A DNA stretch of 64,000 nt from Hyphochytrium catenoides. Its lineage: Eukaryota > Protista > Hyphochytriomycota. The position numbers and the translations under genes are program-made. Shown piece by piece: positions 36,091-48,119 of the stretch (position 1 is the first letter of the stretch; every line of letters begins with the position of its first letter). The DNA is taken from the NCBI GenBank assembly GCA_900088475.1, contig FLMG01003138.1:6679-70678 (forward strand), read 5' to 3'. The notes beneath the pieces are model-generated. The model ran no database searches, was not told the DNA's origin, and saw only the letters and a list, made by a program, of their open reading frames with translations.

Positions 36091-39000
36091 ATGTTCAAAA
36101 AGTTGACAACTTCCATTTGGTCCGACCCTAGCACCACGGGACCGATAGGTGCTACCGACAGAGGAGAAGGTTAGGGATGACCCATGCCTCTCAAGACACC
36201 TCTAAGGAGGGCTCTGACGCCTAACTAACCCTGTTCGTTTTGCACCCTGCCCTTTCGCTTTCGTTGTTACACGGACAGGAGATGGCCCTTCAGTGGCGGC
36301 TTCAGCAGCCTCATCTGCTTCCTCGGCAGCCTCGGCAGCTGGATCAACATTCATGGGGTTGGTGAGAAAAGCGTCGGAAGCTGCTAGCCAGGTTAGGAAC
36401 ACTTCTCTTCTCAATAAGGAAGGAGATACTGGTAAGAGGGTGGCCGTGGCTTTTTGGCGGAACTTTTTGCTGACTATTAGACTTCAGGTCCCCATGCTTC
36501 TACAGCCTCAAAGGTCACAGAGAGTGCAGCGAGCGCGGCTAACCAAGCTGCGAACGCCGCGAAAGGGGCCGCCTCATCCTTATATGGCTATCTCAAAGCC
36601 AGTTCGGCGCCATCAGATACGCAGGACAGGGAAGGGGGGCACAACACCACTTCTGCAGCGACGATATTTCAAGGGATCGCTACTAAGTTTGAAGGTGAAG
36701 TTTCAGGAGACCTCGACAACAGATGCATCAAATATTCTAACACTTTCTCTGGATCTATCCATCTCCTTAACTGCTGCTACTACTCAGCCGGTGCCAAGAC
36801 AATCGCTAAAGAGGGGGCAAATAAAGCGAGTCAATTGAAGAAAGCGGTGGAACAAACGGCCGACATGGACGCCTTGCAGCGAAAGCTAGCGGCTCTCGAG
36901 TCGAAGTATCACGCTAATATAGGCAAGGAAGAGACTGGGAGCCTTACCTTTGTCACTTTCTCTCTGTCTTTGTCGCAAAGTAGCACCCTTCTCTTTGCTG
37001 CTCATTACTCCCTATATACATTCATCACTACCTTTTCACTACCGGATCACTATGCTAACCTGTGTGTTTGCGATGATTCTCCTACACTCTGCAGAGGTTG
37101 ACATATCTGCGCTTAACTTCACTTACATTACTCCACGGGTAGTGGCGATGGGCTTTCCTTCCTCCTCTGCTTCCCTTGGATCTAAGTCGAACATGAACCC
37201 CGTTGATGCTATCGCTAAGCATTTGCGTGATAAACATCAGGGCAAATTTATGATCTGGAATCTTAGTGGTAAGCCTGAGAAGGACTGTCATAGGTGCACA
37301 TCTTCTGGCTCGACTTTGTTGTCCAATGATGAGGCAGTACAGAGACCTTCCCCAGCTGCCTCTTGGACCAGTCTTTGACTGTCGGGCCCCTCCGCGTACC
37401 TTACATATTCTCATGGTCGCGGTACTACTCTCGTCCCTTTCTGCCTGTGCGTTAACTCGCCTTTTGTACGTTTTCTTTTGCCTCCTCTGCCATTATCTCC
37501 ATCACTTGATTATTCTGAAGCCATCCAGTGGAACCGACTCACCACTCTTTTTCTTTTTTGCTATTCAATGGTAGAGGAGCCGTATGACTACTCAAAGTTT
37601 GATGATCAGGTAATCTGGAAGCAACCACCAGTGATCGGTATCGCTGAGGGCAGCCTCCTCCTGATCTCGGCTCTAAGTAACCTGTCCCAAATAAAGACGG
37701 AGCCAGAAAAGGAACGCTTTGGGCTTCGACACTCATTTTCACTTACGTCTGTCCGTCCCTTGGCATTATGTTGCTCTTCCAGGTTCTAGAGTTCAAATTC
37801 CCAGGCTATCCGGCCCCTCCTTTAGGCATGTTATTCAATATCTGCCAGTCCATAGAGAACTGGTTACATGCAGACCCAGAGAACATCGCTGTAGTGCACT
37901 GCCTCACTGGGAAGGGACGGACGGGAACAGGTAGAAGCTTCCCTCTTCTTTTGCGGAAAAGTTTGCTATGGACTCCTAAACTATTTCTTCCCGTTTAAAC
38001 TTCGTCCGTAACTGCTGCCACTGCCTATCCATCCCTCATTATCCTAGCTCTGGCGTCATATCTAACCTGGGTCGGGGACTGTGATAACGCAATGGAGGCC
38101 CTTCAATATATCTCTCAGGCACGAGGATCGTCAGTAGAGAAAATGACAATACCTAGCCAGCGGCGGTACGATCTACTTTGCCATCAGCCATAAATTCCAC
38201 TTCTAACGGACACTACCTTGTCACTCTCGTAGCTATATTCAATATTTCACCAATCTGATGGAAGGCCTTAAGCCTCGCTCCTCACCATTACTACTGAAGC
38301 GTGTCATTATCAACTCCATCCCAATCTTTTCAACGTGGACCAGTCGAAGCCGAGCCGAGAACGGAGAGATAGTAGAGGTACCACTTTCATTGCTCTCTTT
38401 CTGCCTTCACTGTCAAGAAGTGCGGTCTCTAAGCTAAAAATTCTCGTTTGACGACACTCTATTTATGCATTTCGCTTAGATCGCAAACTTCTCACAGCTT
38501 TCAAATTCTTGTTTGATAGGATCAGTCCCAAGGGTGCTGTCCGTACCTTCAGATTTTCAAAAATGGAAAGTTAATCTTCACGACGACATGGAAGGATCAA
38601 CAAAATGGCGGTATCAAGTGGGCCAGGGACACTGATGGAAGTGTCAGCTTTCCCATCAACTGCCTACTCCAGGGAGATGTACTCATTCGCTGCCGGCATC
38701 TTGCAGAGGATGGTACGTCTTTACGCACTTTAAGCTCTTGTACTTCTCAATGAGATCTTGGTCTTAGCTCCTGGTCATGCCTGTCACTGTGTCCTGTTCT
38801 TGTTTGTCTCGAATGAGTACACTTTACTTTAGTCGTCAAGACTGAATCTGTCGGACGTCTTTCCCAATAACCCCTTCCTCGGCTTAACTACGCTTCTCGT
38901 CTCGCTGTCAACTCTGTCCTGAGCGTTTATGCTTGACCTTAAGTTGGTCTTACCAGTGCTTATGCCATGCTTGTCTTATCAGGGCAACGGATATCAATGT

Positions 39001-41155
39001 TTCGGGCTGCATTCCACACGGGCTATATACCACTGGGTATTTTGCGGTAGGTTGGCAGAAAGAGTGAAGTCTAGCCGTTTACCATATTTGGCGACACTCC
39101 CATCGGGCGACAACTCCATTTATTCCAACAGTGAGTGAGAGAAGAGGAAAGATTGAGGAGAGAGAGGGATTAGTATTGACTGTCCATCCCGGTACGTTAG
39201 CCGGGTTTGGATTGGGGCACAGCCTTCAGGAGGAATGAAAGCTAATCCTGATTGGGGCGACAGACTGACAAAGGCGCAGCTGGATGGGGCATGCCAGGAC
39301 GACCGATTTTCGACGGAATTCTTCGTGGATCTCATATTTGCGCAAGTCACATCAGGGGATTCTTCGACCGGTACCACCTCTTTTCTGTCTCACTCGTAGG
39401 GTACCTGGCTCTTGGACAATATTTCTCTCATCGCCTTCATGAACCTATGGAGTCTGACTCTGTTACTCTCCGAACAATAAATGGCAGGAGTCCAGATGGA
39501 GGGCCTTCAAATTACTGGCGCGGAGAAAGAAGCATATGACGGTGAGTCATTCTATGGAAAGGGGTCGCTGAATATGCCTTTGGGGGTTGGGAGGGGGGTG
39601 GTTGAAGGTGGAAAGCTGGAACTTTTCCGGACATAGAAGTAGACGACAGAGTGAGAAAACAATGACCGTAGATCTTATCTGAATGCCTACAGATATGCTT
39701 CACAAGGATGAAGCCTTCTGGGAGGACATCGCTAAGAGAAAAGCTCTCCGGCGAAAGAAAACCGACAAACTGAAGCCGACCGTGGAGGTAGAACAACACA
39801 TCCCAACGTTTGGGCCCCATCTTCCGCTTGCTTAGACATTGACCTCAACAGAAGTGCTTCTTAGTCCACACCTGCAGATGGGATGCTCTATGTATACCTA
39901 TATACATCTCCGCTTGCTTTTGCTAGGGTGCTTACTACTGTTCAGTTGTTGTTCGCTAATGGTCTTGTCACCTCTCTGTGCAGCAACCTGGCACATCAAC
40001 GACCTTTAGTATCATTAGCGCAGAGGAGAACATTAACATAGGTATGTGATCATGCCCAAGTATCAGGGTCCTCGTAGCTAATGATCATTGCCTTTGTTCT
40101 CCATCAGAATACGAGCGTCCTCGGATAGGAAGCTGGGATGCCATTGCCGATCAAGAGCTGTTAGCTCAATTGGAGTCGCTAACCACGACTTCCTCCATAA
40201 AGCCCAGTTTTCAAATAGATGCCGCAGGGACAACGGAGGTGAGACAGTCATGCTTCTGTATGCGAGAGCGCGCTATAGAGACTGGGATCTTCGTGCAGCA
40301 TTTTACTATAGAGCCATGGAGGTTGGAGAAGCCTAATCTATATGGTTGCGCAGGGGCCGGAGATGACTAGTAAGGGTTCGACCACCTTCGAGTGGCAAGC
40401 TGCTGCACCGAGTACAGCCATTCCATTGAAAGCAGAGAAAGCTGATGCCGGGGGAGTCAAAACAAGCAAAGAGGAAGATCTAATAGGTATAGTTAGATCA
40501 CGTGGTCTTCGTCAAACTTCCGTCTGAGCGTCATCTGCCAGCCGCTAAGCTAGCGTGCGTTATCAGTGCTGCCATCCGTCTTGACGTTAATTCATTTGCC
40601 CTTGGCCCCCTACCATCTCTCCTCCTCTCTGGGTGGTGGATTTATCTTATTCCGACTACCTGTTTCTTGGTAATCCTACTGAATGGGTTCGTCTGCTATC
40701 TCCCCCACAGACTTCATGGGGCCTCAGTCGAAACCTATGCTGTCCCCTGTGGAGCTCAACTCTGAGATCTCTGCGCTGGCCGACTTGGAAAAAGAGTTAG
40801 GGCTTGAGAGTTTTTCAAAGTCCATTCAAGATCTGCCGCTGGACACACACGTGTCCGATGGTAAGAGCACGGGCACACGTAGAATCATCGGACAACAGAA
40901 AGAGTGGCATTCAGCGAGGTTTATTTGCGTTAGGGGCTCATCAGAGAAAGGACAAATTGTAATGAGCTCTAGACATGGTGTCGCTCATGCTCTAACTTCT
41001 CCTTTTCAGCGGATTTGCTAGGTGACCTGGAAGGACTGGGAGTGCTAGAAGAGGAGAGGAAAGAGAAGACGGAGCCGGGTCAACTGCAGAACGTGGATGT
41101 AGATGACAATTTTGATGAACTGGAGGAGTATCTCAGCAGCCTGTCAACGAAGTAG
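36091..41155 (+). CDS. PTEN/tensin-type phosphatase plus C2 domain protein (multi-exon)
   Basis: TYITPRVVAMGFP, FMIWNLS, VVHCLTGKGRTG (CX5R), TIPSQRRYIQYF and a C2 region (GCCPYLQIF...GDVLIRCRH...MFRAAFHTGYI). The C-terminus is acidic and ends DELEEYLSSLSTK*. Confidence 0.85.
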
Positions 41156-41576
41156 CGACTTAGTGTAGATTCTCTCGCTAATGGGAGGGATGAGCTTGCA
41201 CCTCCAACGCTAATAAGTCATCACACACTATTTAGAGCTTTTCTCGAGTAGATCCCGGCCTCTGGATAGTACGTCTTAAGGTTGTCTTTTACTATGAGAC
41301 TTTGCAGGCAGCAAGGGTCCGATAAGCATCGCATGTCCGGTGTATTACCCGAGAGCATAGACTGTACTAGAAGAGACGTATGTACGGCTAAGAGTTCCTT
41401 CGACCAAGGTGGTTATCGGAGAGCTAGACAGTGTCACAGAGCTGAAGATCTTTGATGCTGCAGGGACATTAGAAAAAACTGCTGTTGAACAGGGGATGAC
41501 GTCGGTCTGGGAGCTCGCTAATGGTGGAGCCCCAAGCTATGCATGGACCTTAGCCCACTAATACGAATTTGTCCGG

Positions 41577-43828
41577 CTAGTTCCTCCAGAACCGTAGCAC
41601 ATCGTCAAGGGTTTCTCCTGGTTTGAGGAGCTCAAAGTGGAAGACAGAGTTGTCTTGTGGATCTACATAGCCGCCATATACGGCTGAGGCTGGCTTACTA
41701 TTGTACCTTGAGTACATTGCCATTGTATAGCTGCTGGTGTCATGGATTAGGACGAGGTCGCCCTTCTCAATTGGAGGGAGGAGGACGTCCTTAGCGATGA
41801 TGTCCCCAGAAAAGCAGAGAGGGCCCGCGAGTTGGTACAAGCGCTCTCCACTTCCACGTGCCTCCAAATCTTCCCCCTCTTCCTTCATATTGTCACCTCT
41901 GAGACTCTTCAGTCTTCCTTCAGGGCTGTAGACTGAGATTCGATGCTTCCATTGGTCTGGAAAGTACGCCTCTCTGATAAACTGGTTGGATCCTACGTGT
42001 AAAACGGCAATGGCGCCACCATCAGCGGCTGTCTTGACCGTACAGACTTTGGAGACGGTAACCCCACACTTGGCTAGCATGCTCCGACCAAACTCTGTGA
42101 TGATACGATACCTAGATCAAATGTGATACAGGAGTTAGGTATAAGGCCGCTGCCATAGGGACCAGAAGCCCAAACGGAGCTTGGTTTATAGAGATATTAT
42201 GGCTACGGTGTAGATGAGAGCAAAAGCAGAAGCAGAGCATTGCGAACCTGCCATCAAAAAGTCCTGGGATGCCTTGTGCTAGTGCTCGAGCATACTCATC
42301 ATAGCTGTGAGCATGACTGAACCCATCGTAGTTTGTGGACAATCCGCCACCGATATCAATGGTCCGTATCTGCTGATTGCCAGGGTCCTTTAAGTCGTTT
42401 ATCTCCTCCGCCAAAAGGAATATCCGGCGCACGCCCTTGACCAGCAGGTCCAAGGAACAACCCTGCGAGCCAACATGCACGTGCAATCCTAACGAGCGAA
42501 AGCAAAAAGTAGAGAGATGGCAACAACGCACATATGAGAAAGAGAGTGTGGTGGTCCCAGATGGGCCAGCAGGCTCCGGTCGATCGACAATAATATGAAA
42601 GTGGTAGTTGACAGCAGCCTAATCTAGGATGAAATGAAGAGTGAACAGAGTAGACAGAAAGCCGGCTTTCATGTTTAGGGCTTGGAGACATCCTCCTAGA
42701 GATAGCGCTGTACTAGGGAACCCGGACTGCAGAAGTCGGTGTGAGACTTGGAAGATCTGCCATCCTACCTGACAGCCAGGAGAAGGTGTGGAAGAGAGAA
42801 AGCACATGTTGTCGACTGTCTTCCGTCAGCGGGACTCCGAACTTGCTAGAGCCAGTAGCAGTGGAGATGTAGGCCAAAGTGCCTGCTCCAACCACGGGAT
42901 TGATCCTCAGCCCAATCGCAGGGGGCGTGGAGAAGTGCTCCTGCTTCAGAATCTGTGACAAGCCCAGGGCACCATCTTAGGTCAGCCACGTATAGTCTAA
43001 ACATTTCTGAGTAGTAATGAATGGCAGCACCTGGTCGGTGAGATGAAGCTCGTCCTCGTTGTCGAGGTTGATGGTACAGCCCCAACGAAGTGCTGAGCGG
43101 AGTTCTTGCTCCGTTTTGCAAGGAGAGTCAAAGACCACATCTCTCGGTGGGAAGCCCAGCTGCAAGGCGTGTACCACCTCACCAAAGGAGGCACACTCGG
43201 CTCCCGCGCCAAGCTGCTGCGCCTCTCTAAGGATCGAGGCGATTGGGTTTGCCTTAACAGCCAGCGCGTGCGTACAAATGGGCCTCTCTCCTGCGACAGA
43301 AGAGAATGCCATCTGCAGTGACTGTAGGCGGAATCTAAATGTATCCATGAAGAAGAGATCTAGGCAGGGAAGGTCATCGTCTATTTTGATGTGCTTGACA
43401 GCTTGCGAAAGAGCGCTCTCCACTACTGCTTCGCTCAATGTGTCTGGGTAATTAGTCTGTGTGTCTAGCAAGGGCAGCTCCGGATATGTTTTTGGAAGAG
43501 ATGCTGGGACAGCCTTTATTCCCCCCGCTCGCTTCTGGGCTTGCACTTGCTGATAAAAGCTGCCAAGAGAGGTAAGAATCTCTGGTGGACTTAGAACGTA
43601 CCGTTCTTCCCCAATGGCCGTAGCGCCTTCAGCGCTAGAGGCAGTCATATCGCCGCTTTCCTTAGCAAATTGTCGAAAAGCCGCAGACATAAACTCTTTG
43701 AGGTTCTCCGCGGAAGATTGAGAGCTCCATTCTGACGACGATGGTTGCTCAAGGTGACCAACTGCCCCTACCGCACATTCAAGCAGCCGTCCCAAACCAT
43801 CCGTAGCGTTTCGCGATGGCTCTGCCAT
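41577..43828 (-). CDS. Group IV (alanine racemase fold) PLP-dependent decarboxylase, DAP/ornithine decarboxylase-like, 4 exons, with an N-terminal extension
   Basis: AVKAN (PLP Lys), FDSPCKT, GLRINP, SKFG, GLHVHVGSQ, IDIGGG, TEFGR, GPLCFSGD and DTSSYTMAMYSRYNS. Confidence 0.88.
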
Positions 43829-44246
43829 GGTCCCCGACCGCCCCTTCCCTTGTATAGTCCCTTCAAGAGTGTAATGGAATCTCCACAATATCTCTTCCTG
43901 CTACTGCACGCCACCGGCCCCATCATCGAGGCCTCTGTCCTCTGTCAGTGTGATCAGAAGTTCAGAAGCTGGGAGGATGCGAATCCGAATCATGAAGCTC
44001 ATGAAATGGAGTAGTAATACGAAGGATGCATAGCATAGGCGCTATATACGTGTATTAGCAAAATAATAGGTTTCGGACGAATGTCAGAAGAGCATCAGAA
44101 CCCCAGAGGCGTTACTTCTCGACCCATAACTTCTAAGCAAGGAGAAAGGAGGTAGCACGGCGCTATCAACCTTTTAGGGCACTACTACTCCATGTACTGC
44201 GCCCCCAGACTTTGGAGTATGATAATAGATAGAGCAGGATTCTGCC

Positions 44247-44891
44247 TTAGAGGGCTGGAGTCTTTCTGAGGATCACGATAACCAGCACAATGATAAGAGC
44301 AGCAATGGCAAAGTAAAGAACAATGGTGTTGCAGAACACCCCGAGCTTCAGCTTGTTCAGAAGGGAGCTCGCTTCCTTAGCATCCTGTCGAATATCCACC
44401 ACTTGCTGGTCAGCTCGCCGCAGCACCTCACCCTGCCGATTGAACTCGTCGGCGACGTTGACGGCAATCTGTTCAGTCTCTCCAATAACTCTATCAGCGT
44501 CCGCCAGCTTATTACCAGCTCTTTGATTTTGTCTATTATACTCCAGAGCTCGCTCACGGTCATCCATTTGGTTAATTTGTTGCTGTCGTTGCCTCCTGGC
44601 TTCCTCCGACATCAGCTCTGCTCGTCTTAAGTCGTCCTCGAGCTTCTGTAACTTTGATCGTGCAGTCCGTACGCTTTGTGTCATTACTCTTTTCTGTGTC
44701 ACATTCCCTGCCCGTGCTTCAGCTTCCATCATCTTTATATACCGCTCGGCATTGCCGAGTCGATCCCTTATGTCTTGTACATACTGAGGTCGCTCGGCGC
44801 CTGAAATGCCTGGTAGTCTCTGAATGAGGGGCTGGGTTGACGACACCACTGCATTGAAGTCATCTTCCAAGTTCTCAAAGGCTTCTGTCAT
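44247..44891 (-). CDS. VTI1: Vti1-type Qb-SNARE, intronless
   Basis: Habc-like N-terminus (FENLEDDF...MEAEAR), SNARE motif ETEQIAVNVADEFNRQGEVL with a central Q, and a C-terminal TM helix IVLYFAIAALIIVLVIVIL. Confidence 0.8.
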   Translation of the reverse strand: MTEAFENLEDDFNAVVSSTQPLIQRLPGISGAERPQYVQDIRDRLGNAERYIKMMEAEARAGNVTQKRVMTQSVRTARSKLQKLEDDLRRAELMSEEARRQRQQQINQMDDRERALEYNRQNQRAGNKLADADRVIGETEQIAVNVADEFNRQGEVLRRADQQVVDIRQDAKEASSLLNKLKLGVFCNTIVLYFAIAALIIVLVIVILRKTPAL

Positions 44892-46921
44892 AGTTCGTGG
44901 CACGTCTTGGGGATGGTAAACCTACTTCTTAATCCACTTCGTTGCTCCAGGAGTAAGTAGGCCTCAGTGCCGCGCTAGCTGACCAATCTATAGAGTGATA
45001 GCTCCGCAATAAGCAGGCGAGAACTCCCTGCCCAAGTTGGCAAGTAACAGACCAAGCAAAAACGAGCTACAAGGGAGGAGTTGGATTAGTCCACCGATGA
45101 TGCTTCTTCTTGACCAGGCGATGCGGGAAGCTGTACAGTGCTTATAGGTGTCCACAAGTACGACGCTGAGGCGCGGGAAAGGAGAGACAAGAGGGTAAAA
45201 CACTGCAGAAGGAGGAGCCTCAAGCTTCACAATTCACAAGCCCTCAAGACATCTGATGACAGAGGAACAAACACCAGCGCGCCGCCAGATGGCCGTTACC
45301 GGCATCTGAGAGGCTCAGAATAGGTTGTGTCAGGAACAGTTAGCTCTTTGGAGTGGTGTGTTTGGATGAGAGAGCAATTTACCAAGACAGAGCGAGCCAA
45401 AAAAAGGTGCTTTGTATGGTGCTATAGGATAATGTTGGCAAGTCATCAGAACAAAGAGATAAAGAGGTATGCGTGACAGAGAGGAGTGCCTCTATGAGTT
45501 TGACTCCAGCAGATGGAGGCTGCTTTTGTTGTGCCTTCCCATGGGATATTCCAAATCTAATGGGTTTACATAGGCAGGATCAAGATGAAGGGGCAGCTTA
45601 TCAGAAATAGACAGGCCTTGAAGATGTCCTACGCTACAGTAACAGAAGCTGTAATAATAACAGAACCATCACTTCACTATTCTTGCCTCTGTAACATTCT
45701 TGCGCGTCAATGACACTGGCCCTTGTCATCAACAGAGACATTGTCAGCAGCTGTCTGCAGGCCCCGTAGAACTAGTCCTATACTGAGAGGTGGTCGAGAT
45801 CTAGGAAAGAGATGAAGGAGGTGATGAGGTCTTTGGAGCTCACAGGAGGCATTTGATGATTGATGAGGGGTTTAGCCCGTGAGGACGAGAGGCATCGATG
45901 CGGTGAGGAGATCCTCGTTCCCTTCTGGATTAAGTCAACGAGATAAGCAGCGATGCAACAGTCAAGCGGCGATGATCTCTGTCTGCATTTTCGATTGGGT
46001 TGACTCCCTCATCTGCCTGTCTTAGGATGTAGGTTAGCGTTGCTGCGGAGAAGAGCTCCTCCTTCCTTCCCTGGAATCAGATCAGCGAGAGAAGTAGCAA
46101 CGTAAGTTATGGAGTCATGCCGGCGACAATCTTTCTTACCGTGGGAGAAATGAAGTTGTTGAAGCATGTGAATACTTTTAAAAGCAAGCACAGCCCCGAG
46201 GTCTACTGAGGAAACTTGTGCTACCCAGGTCATGGCGTCATCAGGGCCCGAACGCTCAACTTGTGTCAAGCATCTGTTTATCGATGGTTGTTCAATAACA
46301 GACTCAACTGAAACTATTAAAGAAGCTCATCCTGAGGCATAGAGCTTTACCACCCGTCATTCATCTAACAGCTCTAGCTACGTCCCTTTTATAAGTCGTC
46401 TTGCTTGTTGTCGGTCTTAGATGATGCGCTCAGGAGGGAACTCATATGATTTCCAGCCATTCCCCCAAGTACAGGTGAAGCATTGTCCACCATATCTAAA
46501 CAACTCTGCTAGCAGAGTAATCAGAGGGCTAGTAGACCTAGCGTTCAGTAACAGAACGACCAGTTTATATAAGGATAGAACCGCAAAGATTCTTGGCACA
46601 CGCGCGGCAGTAGTTACGTTTCACCCAGACCGGCTCATTGACTAGGTAATAATGCTCTTACACCTCCTACCTTCCTATTTGGGACCAAGACGTGGAAGAC
46701 GAACTTCAAAGATCTAGAGTTAGCCAAGCATCGCTTTCATCAGTTGTAAGCCAAGCCCTTTTCCGGGTATCTACCTTTCCTCGGCATAGCATCGCTTTTG
46801 CAGTTCCCACAGATGAAAAGTGGGGAGATAGTTTATTAGGGGCTATATAACTGATACAAAAGCATTACCCCGACATCGAGGAGTACCGACACTACAGGAA
46901 ACACGGCTTGTGTTCGAGGGC

Positions 46922-47983
46922 TCAGAAGAGAACCAAGGGCATTCGCCAACTCTCTTCTGAGATTGACACAGCTTGTTGATCCTTGTAAGCTGCAGCAGCT
47001 GCCATTGCTTCCGGAGTGGAGGGCGACATATGTCCTCGATAATCAAGAGGACTCTCGTTTAGGGCCTCGGTGGCTGAGATGGTCTTTTTGCTCTCCTCGT
47101 CGAAAGAAGACGGGTGAGATAATAACGCAAGGTTAGCTGTGAGCAGCCATTCCTTGACTGCTTCCTCAACAGCAGCCTCGAGGCTTGCGACCTTGACTGT
47201 ACTGATACCTACAGGAGCCTGTGAACTAGTATTGATGGGTTCAGTCTTCCATCTATCTCCAGCAGCAGGAGCCGACTCCTCGGCACCGTTGAACTCCGTG
47301 TGACTGGTATGTTCCAAGGTTGCTTTGTTCTTAATAGGTGAAATGTTGCTTGTGCCATTTCCTCCTTTAAGATTGCTTGTGGAAGCGGAGTCTAGGTGTG
47401 AATCTCTGACAAAGAGCGGCGAATTAGCTGCTGGTTCTTGGGATTGACACCCTGCCCTTAGAATTCGGTTCTCTTCCTCGAGCCGCGCAAGGGTTTCTCT
47501 GATGGTATCGTGGCTTCTCTGGAGCTGCTCGATAGTCCTTTTCAGAGTATCCACTTCCTGAAGCCGCCGCCTTCTGGACTTCTCAGCGCTGGCGCGATTT
47601 TTCATCTTCCGTACCATTTTCTTCAGAGCTGGCTTGTCGGAAGTTATCTTGCGTGATACAGTGCTCCTTCTTTCCTCATCTTGCGAGTAGTGTTCATCGG
47701 GGGATGACGAAGGTGAAGATGGCGCGGTTGGAGGTTCCAGGCCGTCAAAGAGGGCCAAGTCATTCCGATACATAGAGGCGAGTAGGATCCTCTTGGCATT
47801 CCTCCTTTCTATTGCGGCTCTTCTTCGTTTCCGTGTTTCTTCTCTGTAGGACTCATAAGCGTTAGAGTTGAGAGCAGCTTTTTCTGCGGCAGGATAGTGA
47901 CCGGTAGGTGAACTCTGTTGGGGATTGTTGCTGGTGCTCCAGTTATTGGGTATTCGGGTGCTGGCAAAGGCTGACATCGTCAT
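46922..47983 (-). CDS. bZIP transcription factor (bZIP-A), intronless ORF
   Basis: Basic region RKMKNRASAEKSRRRR followed by a heptad leucine zipper (LKRTIEQLQRSHDTIRETLARLEEENRIL). Confidence 0.85.
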   Translation of the reverse strand: MTMSAFASTRIPNNWSTSNNPQQSSPTGHYPAAEKAALNSNAYESYREETRKRRRAAIERRNAKRILLASMYRNDLALFDGLEPPTAPSSPSSSPDEHYSQDEERRSTVSRKITSDKPALKKMVRKMKNRASAEKSRRRRLQEVDTLKRTIEQLQRSHDTIRETLARLEEENRILRAGCQSQEPAANSPLFVRDSHLDSASTSNLKGGNGTSNISPIKNKATLEHTSHTEFNGAEESAPAAGDRWKTEPINTSSQAPVGISTVKVASLEAAVEEAVKEWLLTANLALLSHPSSFDEESKKTISATEALNESPLDYRGHMSPSTPEAMAAAAAYKDQQAVSISEESWRMPLVLF

Positions 47984-48119
47984 GTGCGCTGTCTCTCGAA
48001 TGATATGGTATGTAAGGTTTGACTTCGGAGGCGCTGGGAAGATTAAATTTCCGTTGAAATTTGGGTGGCAAAGCAGGCGCTGGTGTTTACGGAGTAACGA
48101 GAAAATTCTATTTTGGTGG

